This document shows, piece by piece, positions 32,507 to 42,584 of a DNA stretch of 64,000 nt. A program made the translations under genes and the position numbers. The DNA lies in contig RFGC01000038.1 in NCBI GenBank assembly GCA_003697135.1, positions 162,320 to 226,319 of the forward strand, read 5' to 3'. The notes under the pieces were generated by a model. That model did no database searches. It saw nothing but the letters and a program-made list of their open reading frames with translations, and was not told the origin of the DNA. Positions within the stretch are counted from its first letter, which is position 1. Every line of letters begins with the position of its first letter. The DNA comes from Acidobacteriota bacterium. Lineage in GTDB: Bacteria > Acidobacteriota > Blastocatellia > Pyrinomonadales > Pyrinomonadaceae.

Positions 32507-33103
32507 TTATTGCCCTGAGCTTATAACCTTCTCCAATACTTCGTCCATCTCTGTTTTTATCTGTTCGTTGAAGCCCACGAACTTTTTTACAAGTCTGCCT
32601 TTGCGATCAAAAATAGCCGTTTGCGGAATTTCCGAAACCGTACCGAAAACGAACCTAACAAGCTCTTCTTCGGGAGTTGCAAGCGGATAGGTAATCTGTA
32701 GTTTCTTATGGAAATCAGGAACTCTCGCCCTATCCTCGCCTCCGCCTACGTGAAGGCCAATGATTTGCAGGTTTTCGCTTCCGTAGCGCTGTTGTAAGCT
32801 CTTCAGATGCGGAATTTCTTCCAAGCAAGGCGGACAATAAGTTGCCCAAAAATCCAATATCAAAACTTTTCCCTGAAAATCTCCTAGCTTCTGAATTTCC
32901 AAATCTTTGTTGGTTTCGGGATCGAAAACTTGCCACGTCATCAGATGAATAGGTTTGCTAGGCGGAAAAGGCTGATCGGAAATTGGGATGCCGTTTATTG
33001 AAGTAGGCCGATTTGAGATTTCCTTTGGCGCAGCTGGCGGTCGGCATCCCGAAAACAAACAAAGTCCTAGAACAAGCAGAAAAGCTACCTTCAGCGAATC
33101 CAT
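32507..33103 (-). CDS. TlpA-like periplasmic thiol:disulfide oxidoreductase lipoprotein
   Basis: Lipobox LFSGC and thioredoxin motif WATYCPPC. Confidence 0.9.
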   Translation of the reverse strand: MDSLKVAFLLVLGLCLFSGCRPPAAPKEISNRPTSINGIPISDQPFPPSKPIHLMTWQVFDPETNKDLEIQKLGDFQGKVLILDFWATYCPPCLEEIPHLKSLQQRYGSENLQIIGLHVGGGEDRARVPDFHKKLQITYPLATPEEELVRFVFGTVSEIPQTAIFDRKGRLVKKFVGFNEQIKTEMDEVLEKVISSGQ

Positions 33104-33202
33104 AAATCATTATTTTACAAACCTTTTGAACACAACCGAGAAAGTGAAAACATGAATCCCATGAAAATTGGCAGTTGGCGTTTATGATAAACTTTCAAGA
33201 AG

Positions 33203-33790
33203 ATGGCATATCCGCAAAAAATAATTTCGAGACTGCAAAACATCAAGAATGCGGGCGAACCTAAGAGAGTCGACTGCATAGGGAAAGATGCTTCATTTGC
33301 TTGCGGAACAGCAGTCCAATTTGCGCTTCAAATTGACAAAACCGAGAAGAGAATAATTCAGGCAAAGTTCAAAACCAACGGCTGTGGCTTTGCCGTAGCT
33401 ATAGCCGATCTTTTGGCTGAAATCATAACTGATAAAACACTCGCTGACCTGAAAGGCTTGGAAAGAGAAAACCTTAGCAGAGTAATTCAAGCAGAATTCG
33501 GCGAACTTCCTTCTGAGAAAAGACAATGCCTTGAAATGGTTTTAACGGCTTTGAAAGCCGCTTTCATGGATTTTCGCAATAGGCAAATCGAAGAATTTGC
33601 AGGCGAAAAAGCGCTCGTATGCTCTTGCTTTGGCATCTCTGAAGACACGATTGAAAAGCTGATTTCTGGTAGAAAAGCAAAAACCGTTGAAGACGTTGGC
33701 AAACTTTGCCGAGCCGGAACAGGTTGCGGTTCATGCAGATTTCTAATTCAAGAAATGCTCGACAGCGTCTTGCAAGTCGAAGAATTTTAG
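33203..33790 (+). CDS. NifU-like protein: IscU-type scaffold domain fused to a BFD-like [2Fe-2S] domain
   Basis: Scaffold cysteines sit in FACGTA, NGCGFAVA and RQCLEM. The C-terminal CSCFGISEDTIEKLI...CRAGTGCGSC matches the BFD-like Cys4 pattern. Confidence 0.85.
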   Translation: MAYPQKIISRLQNIKNAGEPKRVDCIGKDASFACGTAVQFALQIDKTEKRIIQAKFKTNGCGFAVAIADLLAEIITDKTLADLKGLERENLSRVIQAEFGELPSEKRQCLEMVLTALKAAFMDFRNRQIEEFAGEKALVCSCFGISEDTIEKLISGRKAKTVEDVGKLCRAGTGCGSCRFLIQEMLDSVLQVEEF

Positions 33791-33851
33791 TAACTGGCGA
33801 AATACCAAAGTCTTCGGCAAGTTTTTCAATAACTTTAGTCGAGTAAGAAGG

Positions 33852-35105
33852 TCACTCCAGTTTGCTTTCCACTTGCCGACTTGCGAGCCATAAACAGATG
33901 GCACTAAGCAAGCATGAGACGGGGCAGACAAGAAGAGCGTATCTCATCATTATCGGATTTGCCGTAGCACCGAGTTGATCGTTCAGAAAGCCGATTAAAT
34001 TCGATCCAATCAAATAAGCCGCAATGTTGACGCTGAAGAAATAAATCGCAACTGCTAGTCCTCGAAGATTCGGACCCGCAATTTCCGTCACATCAGCCGC
34101 CGCCGCACCAAGCCAAGCTAAGGCTAAAAAGAGCAAAAACCCGTTAGCTATCAATATCAAAAAAACGTTATCGGTTACTATCCACAAAATCCAAAAAGGA
34201 ACAGAAATACCTGAAATCAGCATGCCGTAAAGCATTCTTCCGCTCCTTTTCCTTTTGCGAAACCAGTCGGCGATAGCACCACCAAAAAGCGTCGCCGGAA
34301 TCCCGCCAAGCAAGGTCAAAACACCACCCCAAAATCCGATTGTAGCTAGATCAAACCCATGAAGGCGGTTGTAAAAACTCGAACCCCAAATCGAAAGATT
34401 ATTCGTTGCAAGCCCCAAAAAAGCATAACCCAAACAAAGCAAGATAAAAGCTTTGTTCGACAAAAGCTTCGTCCAATCGGTCGGTGCATAGCTGAAACTC
34501 GACAGACTCGAACTCGCTTGATCTGCTTTTCTTTCAGGTTCTTTAAGCAAAAAAACAAGCAAAGCAGCTAAAATTCCTGGAAAGCCAAATAGATAAAAAG
34601 CAACTCTCCAACCATAGATTTCACCGATTTGACCGCCGAAAAAAGCGGCAAACCCGGCTCCTAAAGCTATGCCTGTTGAATAAATGCTCGTTACTGTAGC
34701 TCTTTTCGATGGTGGAAAGTAATCAGAAAGAAGCGATATAGCGGCAGGCCCAAGCGTAGCTTCGCCAACTCCAACCATTAAACGGCAAAAAAACAAACTC
34801 CAGAAATCCCAAGCAAAACCCGTTAAACCCGTGAATAAACTCCAAACCGCAAGTCCGATAGCTATGATTTTTGTTCGACTCTTTTTATCTGCCAATCTTC
34901 CGAAAGGTATTCCCAAAGTTGTGTAAAACACAGCAAATGCCGTTGTGCCAAAAAGAGCAAGTTGCAAGTCTGAAAATGAAAATTCCTTTTTTATCGGCGG
35001 GAAAAGATAGAGAATTATGACTCGGTCCAGAAAATTCAAGACATACACAAAAGTCAAAAGCGCAAGAGCGTAATAGGCATAAGCCTTGCCGATTTTCTCA
35101 CTCAT
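33852..35105 (-). CDS. MFS transporter
   Basis: 417 aa with 12 hydrophobic spans and a GRLADKKSR motif-A-like loop. 8-bp overlap with the upstream MaoC gene. Confidence 0.9.
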   Translation of the reverse strand: MSEKIGKAYAYYALALLTFVYVLNFLDRVIILYLFPPIKKEFSFSDLQLALFGTTAFAVFYTTLGIPFGRLADKKSRTKIIAIGLAVWSLFTGLTGFAWDFWSLFFCRLMVGVGEATLGPAAISLLSDYFPPSKRATVTSIYSTGIALGAGFAAFFGGQIGEIYGWRVAFYLFGFPGILAALLVFLLKEPERKADQASSSLSSFSYAPTDWTKLLSNKAFILLCLGYAFLGLATNNLSIWGSSFYNRLHGFDLATIGFWGGVLTLLGGIPATLFGGAIADWFRKRKRSGRMLYGMLISGISVPFWILWIVTDNVFLILIANGFLLFLALAWLGAAAADVTEIAGPNLRGLAVAIYFFSVNIAAYLIGSNLIGFLNDQLGATANPIMMRYALLVCPVSCLLSAICLWLASRQVESKLE

Positions 35106-35505
35106 AGACCATTATTTTCCCTTCGCCCTTGACGACAACTTCGCCGTTTTGATTCGTGCAGATGGTTTCAAGCGTAATTATCGGTTTATCTTCCCGAATA
35201 TGCGTCACGGTAGCAGTTGCCGTAATTGTATCATCAATGAAAACAGGGGCTACAAAATTCAGCGTTTGCGATAGATAAACAATTTTCTTTTCTGCGAACT
35301 CATTTCCCAAAACGGCAGAAATCAAAGCACCTGAGATCATGCCGTGCGCTATTCTCTTTCGGAATCTCGTGTTTTTAGCAAAGTCCTCGTCTAAATGTAT
35401 CGGATTGAAATCGCCAGAAAGCTCCGCAAATTTACGAACAACCTCATCTGTGATTTTCTTGGTTTTTGAAAATTTATCTCCCACTTTTACTTTCATAAGC
35501 CTCAT
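35098..35505 (-). CDS. MaoC-like (R)-specific enoyl-CoA hydratase / hot-dog dehydratase
   Basis: GDFNPIHLDEDFA....RIAHGM hydratase-2 motif. 4-bp overlap with the upstream hydrolase gene. Confidence 0.9.
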   Translation of the reverse strand: MRLMKVKVGDKFSKTKKITDEVVRKFAELSGDFNPIHLDEDFAKNTRFRKRIAHGMISGALISAVLGNEFAEKKIVYLSQTLNFVAPVFIDDTITATATVTHIREDKPIITLETICTNQNGEVVVKGEGKIMVYE

Positions 35506-36362
35506 CTTGCCGTCAAAAATTCTTCTACAACTCGATTGAATTCAACTGCTTTTTCGATCTGCGGAACATGACCGCAGTTCTCAAAAATCGTGAGTTTCGA
35601 GCCTGCTATTTCGCTGTTAAATTTATATGCGTCGCTTACAGGCAAAAGTCCGTCTTCTTTGCCCCAAATTATCAGTGTCGGGCTTTTTATCTGGTTTAAT
35701 TTCCCATCAAGAAAATCCTCTTTTCGTTTGATTGACTCAATCAGGCTTTGAATCGTGTAACCATCGTTCGCTAATACTCTTTGGCTCAGAATCTCATCGG
35801 CAAAAGCATCAGCCTGAAAAAGCGGATTTACAAAAAATCTTTTCAAGACACTTTTGATTTCCTCGCGCGTTGAGCCATTCAAAAGATATATTTCTTCGTA
35901 ATTCAAATTCGGCGGTAAAATGCCTGCAGAACCTACCAAAATCAATTTCTCGACTCGACTCGGATATTTTATCGCCATAAGAGCTGAAATCCACCCGCCT
36001 AGCGAATTCCCGACAAGACTAGCTCTTTCAATCTTCAATTCGGTCATGAATTTGTCCAGAAAATCAACGTAGGTCAAAACGCGATATTTGAGAAAAGGTT
36101 TATCGGATTTTCCGAATCCGACTTGATCTGGAGCTATCACTCGAAACTTTTGGCTCAAAGGCGCAATGTTAAATCGCCACAATTCAGCATTTGCGCCGAG
36201 TCCGTGAAGAAGAATAACGACCTTTTCGTTTTTCTCTCCAGCTTCTAAGTAGCGTATTTTAGCGCCGAAAACCGTTACGAATTTTTCTTTCGGGCTTTCT
36301 TGACCGAAAACTACAAAACAAGCAACAATCAAAAAGACACTTGCAAACAAGCTTTTCTTCAT
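35502..36362 (-). CDS. Secreted alpha/beta hydrolase
   Basis: Signal peptide MKKSLFASVFLIVACFVVFGQ, oxyanion HGLG, canonical elbow GNSLGG and C-terminal CGHVPQIE (catalytic His). Confidence 0.9.
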   Translation of the reverse strand: MKKSLFASVFLIVACFVVFGQESPKEKFVTVFGAKIRYLEAGEKNEKVVILLHGLGANAELWRFNIAPLSQKFRVIAPDQVGFGKSDKPFLKYRVLTYVDFLDKFMTELKIERASLVGNSLGGWISALMAIKYPSRVEKLILVGSAGILPPNLNYEEIYLLNGSTREEIKSVLKRFFVNPLFQADAFADEILSQRVLANDGYTIQSLIESIKRKEDFLDGKLNQIKSPTLIIWGKEDGLLPVSDAYKFNSEIAGSKLTIFENCGHVPQIEKAVEFNRVVEEFLTAR

Positions 36363-36418
36363 GCAATAAACCTCCGTATGAATTCAAAATCTTAATCGAG
36401 AATACAAACAAAATCGTC

Positions 36419-38077
36419 CTAAATCGAATAAAGATTTTCCAGCGTATCCCTGAAATTCCGTTCGACCACTTCTCGCCTAAGTTTCAATGTAGGCGTCACT
36501 TCGTCTTTCTCTATCGAAAAATCCCTATCCAAAATCAAAAATTTCTTGATTCTTTCGGGCGAAGAAACTCTCTCGTTCGTTCTTCTTATGGTTTCCTCTA
36601 TTTCCTTGCGGACTATCTCATTTTTTGTCAAATCGGAGAAGTTCTCGTATTTGATTCCTCTTGACCTTGCAAAAGCCTCGACTTCAGCCGCATTCAAGGT
36701 TATCAGCGCAACGCAATAGTTTTTTCCTTCGCCGTAGAGAAAACATTGGCTAACGAGATGATTTTCCTTGACCATGTTTTCAATAACCGAAGGCACAACC
36801 TTTTTTCCATTCGATAAAACGATGATTTCCTTCTTTCTTCCCGTAACTTTCAAGAATCCGTCCTCATCAAGCTCGCCAATGTCTCCAGTTTTCAGCCAGC
36901 CTTCTTCGTCGAACATTTCTTTAGTTTTTTCAGGCTCTTTGTAATAGCCAGAGAACATCATCTCGCTTTTGACGAGAATTTCACCATCGGGAGCGATCTT
37001 GACCTGACACATCGGCATTGGTTTACCGACAGTTCCGAATTTCAGATTCTCGAAAGTGTTGAACGCAACACAGATATTTTCGGTCAAACCGTATGCTTGC
37101 AGAATCGGAAGCCCCGCTTTAGCAAAAAAGTCGGCTATTTCAATCGGTAGCGGCGCTCCGCCCGATGTCAAAAGCCTTATTCGCCCACCGAAAGCAGATT
37201 TGACTATTTCTGCATCCACGTTTTTGCCGTGTTTTGCAACTATCATTGCATAAATTTTTTCAAAAAATCTCGGAAGCGAAGCAAACACAGTTGGCTTTAC
37301 TTCCAGCATGTAGTCGTAAAGTTTCGATAAATCATCTACGAAATGAGCAGGCGTTCCGCTCGACAAGCGATTGTAGATTCCCGAAATTCTCTCGGCAACA
37401 TGGCATCCGGGCAAATATGAAAGCGTAACATCATCGTGAAAGATTGGGACAGATTGACGTAGTGACTCAACTGAATTCAGAATGTAACGATGCGAAAGCA
37501 TCGCTCCTTTTGGATTACCTGTTGTGCCTGAAGTATAGACCATTATGGCTATGTCTTCCGAATCGGCACCGAATCCTCTTTCCTCAACTATCGGCAAAAA
37601 CTTTTGGCGATTTTCACGCCCAAAACGAAGAAACTCATCAAAGGAGATAACTTTCTTATTCGCTTCACAAGGTTCAAGAGTGATGATTTTTTTAAGCTTC
37701 GGACAAGTGTTTTGAAGGATTTTCGCCAACTGTTCAGGCTTATCCACGAAAGCAAATTCTGCGTCTGAGTGATTGATGATATAGCCAACCTGTTCGGGAG
37801 AGCTTGTTGGATAAATTCCAACTCCGATGCCTCCTGCCGCAATCGTTGCAACATCAACAATCGTCCACTCAGGAATGTTGCTCGCCAAAATCGCAACAGA
37901 AGTGCCTTTTTCAAGCCCCATCGCAACCAAAGCGCAGGCAAAATCGTGAACTTTCTGCCTGAAACTTTCCCACGTTTCGGGAATCCAATCTTCGCCAATG
38001 CGCCTGTAAAACACGGCTTCGGACTCATATCTCGCCGTTTGATGACTGAATAAGCTATAAACGTTCGGAAATCTCAT
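36419..38077 (-). CDS. Long-chain acyl-CoA synthetase (AMP-dependent ligase, FadD-like)
   Basis: AMP-binding motif YTSGTTGNPKGAMLSH, plus GWLKTGDIG and GRKKE. Confidence 0.93.
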   Translation of the reverse strand: MRFPNVYSLFSHQTARYESEAVFYRRIGEDWIPETWESFRQKVHDFACALVAMGLEKGTSVAILASNIPEWTIVDVATIAAGGIGVGIYPTSSPEQVGYIINHSDAEFAFVDKPEQLAKILQNTCPKLKKIITLEPCEANKKVISFDEFLRFGRENRQKFLPIVEERGFGADSEDIAIMVYTSGTTGNPKGAMLSHRYILNSVESLRQSVPIFHDDVTLSYLPGCHVAERISGIYNRLSSGTPAHFVDDLSKLYDYMLEVKPTVFASLPRFFEKIYAMIVAKHGKNVDAEIVKSAFGGRIRLLTSGGAPLPIEIADFFAKAGLPILQAYGLTENICVAFNTFENLKFGTVGKPMPMCQVKIAPDGEILVKSEMMFSGYYKEPEKTKEMFDEEGWLKTGDIGELDEDGFLKVTGRKKEIIVLSNGKKVVPSVIENMVKENHLVSQCFLYGEGKNYCVALITLNAAEVEAFARSRGIKYENFSDLTKNEIVRKEIEETIRRTNERVSSPERIKKFLILDRDFSIEKDEVTPTLKLRREVVERNFRDTLENLYSI

Positions 38078-38080
38078 ATC

Positions 38081-39070
38081 TCAAAACCTAAAAGCAACTG
38101 CTGCCATATTCAAACCGCCACCAGAAGCGCACATTACGAAATTATCGCCTCGATTTAGTTTTCCCTCTGCTATCGCATCATGTAGCGCCATCGGGATACA
38201 CGCCGAACCCGTGTAGCCCCATTTATGCATGATTGTATGAGTTCTTTCAAATGGAAGTCCCAATTCATTCATCACGATTTTGATCGTCGAAAGATTGACC
38301 TGCGTCCAGAGAAAAAGTTTTATATCATCAAGCGAAAGGTTAGCCCTTTGCAGAACCTGTTTGACAATCCTTTGCCAGCCTTCAATGTTGACTTCAGGTG
38401 GATATTTCTTGGCAAATCGCACTTTCGTTCTATAACCTTCAGCCAGCTCCTTCTCATCAATCGGATATTTCGTGCCACCAGCGAAAATCCCCAAGAAATC
38501 ATGATAACTACCATCAGCTTCTAGCTTTGAAGCCAGCAAGCCTGCGTTTTCTTTAGTAGCCTGCAACAAAATCGCTCCTGCGCCATCGGCAAATATCGTA
38601 GCAGTCTTTTTTTCTTTCCAATCCAAAAACTTCGTCATGGCGTATGCGCCGATGACAAGAACATTTCTGTAGCTTTTATCAGCCGCTATGTATTTGCAAG
38701 CAGCGTCAAGCGCAGTAACGAAGCCTGCACAAGCACAGTTAATATCGAAAGTTCCAGCATTTTTCGCTCCTATACGATGCTGAACCACAACCGACGTAGC
38801 CGGAGAGATATATTCGGGCGTGTCGGTAGCTAAAATTATTAAGTCAACCTCTTCAGCTTTGATACTTGCGTTTTTCAAAGCATTTTGAGCCGCTTCTGAT
38901 GCAATATCAGCCGTGCTTTCATTCTCAGAAAGAACATGACGCTCTCTAATCCCTAGCGTATTGGATACGAAGTCGTCAATGTCTTCGCCAAGCATTAAAC
39001 TTAAGTCCTCATTTTTCAAAACTTTCTTTGGAACAGAAATCCCAGTTCCGATTATTTTTGCATTCACCAT
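38081..39070 (-). CDS. KAS III (FabH)-like enzyme with a non-canonical catalytic triad
   Basis: Aligns end to end with E. coli FabH (GIRERH, FDINCACAGF, GDGAGA-like ADGAGA, GGGL). Where FabH has PHQAN it has WTQVN, and where FabH has GNTSAAS it has GYTGSAC. Confidence 0.9.
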   Translation of the reverse strand: MVNAKIIGTGISVPKKVLKNEDLSLMLGEDIDDFVSNTLGIRERHVLSENESTADIASEAAQNALKNASIKAEEVDLIILATDTPEYISPATSVVVQHRIGAKNAGTFDINCACAGFVTALDAACKYIAADKSYRNVLVIGAYAMTKFLDWKEKKTATIFADGAGAILLQATKENAGLLASKLEADGSYHDFLGIFAGGTKYPIDEKELAEGYRTKVRFAKKYPPEVNIEGWQRIVKQVLQRANLSLDDIKLFLWTQVNLSTIKIVMNELGLPFERTHTIMHKWGYTGSACIPMALHDAIAEGKLNRGDNFVMCASGGGLNMAAVAFRF

Positions 39071-39141
39071 AACTTTCGCCTTCCATAATCAAACAAAGCA
39101 AATCTTCCCCCTTCCGAAACTGCCTAAATTCTGGCAAATAG

Positions 39142-39179
39142 AGGCAAGCCAATTCGCAGAGAATCGGCTTGCCTTTTTT
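39142..39179 (-). terminator. Hairpin immediately after the TonB-dependent receptor stop
   Basis: AGGCAAGCC (39142-39150) pairs with GGCTTGCCT (39166-39174), with 4 further inner pairs. It is flanked by an A-run on one side and TTTTT on the other, so it could act bidirectionally. The U-tract on the minus-strand side is weak. Confidence 0.4.
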
Positions 39180-42100
39180 CTAAAAGCCGAGTTTGAAAGC
39201 TAATTGCACGACTCTTGGTCCCGTGCTTGCAGAAGTTATGCGCCCGAAAGTTGGCGTTCCAATCAAGTTGCCCGGATTGGCGTAGTTTACCCAATTGAAG
39301 ATGTTGAAAAATTCGGCTCTAAACTCAGCTCTGAGTCTTTCGCCGATAGGGAAGAACTTGATAAATGAAAGATCAACATTTTTCTGTCCGGGACCAAAGA
39401 GAAAGTTACGTGGAGTGTTTCCGAAAGGATTATTCGGATCGAATGTGGCAGTCCCGAATCTTGAAGTAACAAAAGCCGATGTGTTGAAGTATTGATTTAA
39501 TCGGCGTGAAGTAGGTCCTGAGCCTTGTATTTGTCCACCGGTAAAGTTGGGATTGAAGTTTGCTCGCTGAATTATTGTAGTTCCGTTGGAGTCAACGATT
39601 GAAAAAGGCAATCCTGTTTGGAAAACAGCTATTCCTGCCAATTGCCAATCGTTCAAAAGCCATTTCGCCGGATTTGATTTGCTCACCAAACTCGGTAGGT
39701 CATAAACACCGCTGATCACGAGACGATGCTTGCGGTTGAAATCAGATGGACCTCGATTAGTTCGCCAGTTGAATTGATCTCCGGGAATGTTAGTCAATTC
39801 ATTGACCGCAGAACCTGAATAGTAATCTATCGAGCGCCCGACAGTGTAAGCCGCTAAGAACTGCAATCCATTAGCAAATCTTCTGCTCAATGACATTTGC
39901 AAAGAGTTGTAGCTGGAAATTGATGTTGTCTGCACTTGTTGCATTCCACCGGTAATGTTTTTGTTTGCAGAAAGAATGCTCGACGGCGCAAGTGGCGGAG
40001 TGAAAGTGTTAGTTGCCGGATTGTAAACAGGTTGGTTTAACGTAATAACCTGCAAAAGGTGTGTTCCGCGATTGCCTACGTAACTTACGTCGAAGACAAA
40101 ATCTCTAAACAATCTTCCCTGAATGCCAATGCTGTATTGCTGAACGTAAGGAGTTTGCAAGTCCGGATCAACGAAAATTCCCGCAATCGGAACTCCTACG
40201 ACAGGCACGATAGCAGAAAGAGGTGAAGGAATCGTCGCCGCTACTGGAAATTGCGAAGGCGGTGGTAAAGGAATGAAGGGATTTGAAAGATTGCGGAATA
40301 TGGGATTAGGCTGAGCGACTAATGAATTTACAAGGCCTACTCCGAGCGCAAAATACGGGAAGTTGAAAAGTTGTGTGTTGGCGTAGCGTGTCGAAAACCT
40401 ATCGTAATAAATCCCGTAACCACCGCGTAAAACAAGTTTGTCATCTCCCCAAATTCTGTAAGCAAAGCCTATTCGTGGTGCGAAGTTATTTTTGTCAACG
40501 GGAACCAAAGTTTTCTCAACTGTAGGTACTCCTGCAAGTTTGCCTCCTTCAGCTTGAACAAATCCGTTCGGTGGCGCTGCAGGCGACGTAGTTGTGCCAA
40601 CCCGAAGCTGTGAGGGTAAGAAATTAACCAAGCGACCTTCGTTTTCAGAAGGTAAGCCGAAAAGGTCATAGCGAAGCCCGAGATTAAGCGTCAGCCTCTT
40701 GGTTACCTTCCAATCATCTTGAATGAAAAAGTTGAAATCTTTGACTTTGAAATATCTATCGAAAACCCCCGAACCCTGTAGCGAAGTGCCGATGCCTTGT
40801 AGGAAATTCTGAAAAGCTGTTGTCACCACCGGAGTGCCGCCAACGATTGTAACCGTGTCGGTAAAGATGATTTGCCCTCTAGTAAAAGCATTGAAATAAA
40901 ACTTCACCTGTGAGAAGCGATACTCTGTGCCAAACCTCAAACGGTGATTTCCGACATTCCACGATAAAGTATCAGCAATCGTGTATGCATTTATTCTCGA
41001 AGATTGATCTGCCAGTGGCGATGAGCCGAAGGAAAACAATGCATCGCTACCGTTGAACGCAAGAGTCGGAGCGCCGGGATACAAACTAGAAAAAGGAGTT
41101 GTCATGCCAAACTGAGAAGCAGTAAAAGGCTCTTCAGGGACGCTTGTGACGCGTATTCTGCTGAAACCAAATCGGAGTTGATTGACGATATTTGGAGAAA
41201 CAATGTAGTTGTCGGTTATGGAATAAAGTTTTTGCTTTATCGTCAAATCACCGCCGAAACCTATCAATTGATTGATGCCGTTGCCCAAACCAGCGAAATT
41301 GTAGTTAGCCTGAAAAGTCGGATTGTCTGCAATGAAAAATTTAGCCGATAGTGAATGTTTAGACGTAAAGTTGAAATCTCCATTTATGTTTGCTTGATTT
41401 TCACGGAATTTGGAGATTCCCGACTGCGGCTGCGTAAGCCCAAGTAGCGAAGCACTTCTATTTGGAATCTGCGAAGACGGAATTGCAAATTGTCCGTTTG
41501 GAAGCTTTGCGTTTAGAATAGCTACAGCTACCGGGCTTATCAAAGCCGGATTCAATCCGAAAGTCGCCGCAAGCCCTGTAGGTGTTCTGTTTGTGTCCGT
41601 AAGCCCCGTCGGTATCACGGGAAAAGTTAAACTGTTCAATAGAGAAGCACCATTTTTCTCACGCGTTCCTTGATATGAAACAAAGAAAAACGCTCGATCT
41701 CTTACGATTCTGCCGCCCAAAGTTCCACCGAATTGGCTTCTGTTTAGAACAGGACGTTTAATTGAAGCCGCCTTCAGAAACGGATCGTTTGCATTGAGCG
41801 ACTCATCACGCAGGAAATAATAAACGTTGCCGCGATATTCGTTTGTGCCACTTTTAGTTATCGCCTCGACGTTACCGCCAGAATTTCTTCCGCTAGACGC
41901 ATCATAAAGCGATGTCTGAACGATGAATTCTTGAAGGCTATCCGTAGCAGGAACGGCAATGTTAGGGGTCGAGTTTGTGCCGATAGAGTTTGCGTCTATT
42001 CCGTTGATTCTAACAGAGTTTGAGGTAGTTCTCTGCCCATTAACGCTTATCGTCGTATCGCCGCGGCCAAGCTCAGTGCTGTTCGATAGAGAATTTTGAG

Positions 42101-42584
42101 CACCTGGCGAAAGCGTTAGAAGTTGTTGAAAATTTCTAGTAGGCAAAGGTAACTGTTTTAGCGTCTCGCCGGTAACTACACGCCCGTTTTGCGAAGTCTC
42201 TGTTTGAACAATGGGTGCCTCTACTACAACGAGATAGTTTGTAATTCCAGCAGGACTTAGTTCAACATTCAAAGTTGTTGTTTGAGTTATGTTAACTATC
42301 ACTTCAGTTCGGTATGTTTGAAAACCTTCGGCCAAAATCTCAACTCTGTATCTTCCTGGCGGTAGAAGCTGGAAAGAATAACCACCATCAGCGTTAGTAA
42401 CTGTTTGGCGTAGCAAACCTGTATCTAAACTGGTTAACTTAACTTCCGCACCTTGCACAACAGCACCAGTAGAATCAGAAACAATGCCAGAAATCTGCCC
42501 TGTGGTGCCTTGTGCAAAACCGTTAATCACAGAAAAAGCAATTAGCACTAAACCAAAAATCAGTTTAAGCCTTATCTTCAACAT
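39180..42584 (-). CDS. TonB-dependent outer-membrane receptor with an N-terminal CarboxypepD_reg domain
   Basis: 1134 aa with a signal peptide. GIVSDSTGAVVQGAEVKLT...DGGYSFQLLPPGRYRV (carboxypeptidase-regulatory fold), a plug region and a C-terminal barrel ending ...VQLAFKLGF (terminal aromatic residue). Confidence 0.93.
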   Translation of the reverse strand: MLKIRLKLIFGLVLIAFSVINGFAQGTTGQISGIVSDSTGAVVQGAEVKLTSLDTGLLRQTVTNADGGYSFQLLPPGRYRVEILAEGFQTYRTEVIVNITQTTTLNVELSPAGITNYLVVVEAPIVQTETSQNGRVVTGETLKQLPLPTRNFQQLLTLSPGAQNSLSNSTELGRGDTTISVNGQRTTSNSVRINGIDANSIGTNSTPNIAVPATDSLQEFIVQTSLYDASSGRNSGGNVEAITKSGTNEYRGNVYYFLRDESLNANDPFLKAASIKRPVLNRSQFGGTLGGRIVRDRAFFFVSYQGTREKNGASLLNSLTFPVIPTGLTDTNRTPTGLAATFGLNPALISPVAVAILNAKLPNGQFAIPSSQIPNRSASLLGLTQPQSGISKFRENQANINGDFNFTSKHSLSAKFFIADNPTFQANYNFAGLGNGINQLIGFGGDLTIKQKLYSITDNYIVSPNIVNQLRFGFSRIRVTSVPEEPFTASQFGMTTPFSSLYPGAPTLAFNGSDALFSFGSSPLADQSSRINAYTIADTLSWNVGNHRLRFGTEYRFSQVKFYFNAFTRGQIIFTDTVTIVGGTPVVTTAFQNFLQGIGTSLQGSGVFDRYFKVKDFNFFIQDDWKVTKRLTLNLGLRYDLFGLPSENEGRLVNFLPSQLRVGTTTSPAAPPNGFVQAEGGKLAGVPTVEKTLVPVDKNNFAPRIGFAYRIWGDDKLVLRGGYGIYYDRFSTRYANTQLFNFPYFALGVGLVNSLVAQPNPIFRNLSNPFIPLPPPSQFPVAATIPSPLSAIVPVVGVPIAGIFVDPDLQTPYVQQYSIGIQGRLFRDFVFDVSYVGNRGTHLLQVITLNQPVYNPATNTFTPPLAPSSILSANKNITGGMQQVQTTSISSYNSLQMSLSRRFANGLQFLAAYTVGRSIDYYSGSAVNELTNIPGDQFNWRTNRGPSDFNRKHRLVISGVYDLPSLVSKSNPAKWLLNDWQLAGIAVFQTGLPFSIVDSNGTTIIQRANFNPNFTGGQIQGSGPTSRRLNQYFNTSAFVTSRFGTATFDPNNPFGNTPRNFLFGPGQKNVDLSFIKFFPIGERLRAEFRAEFFNIFNWVNYANPGNLIGTPTFGRITSASTGPRVVQLAFKLGF

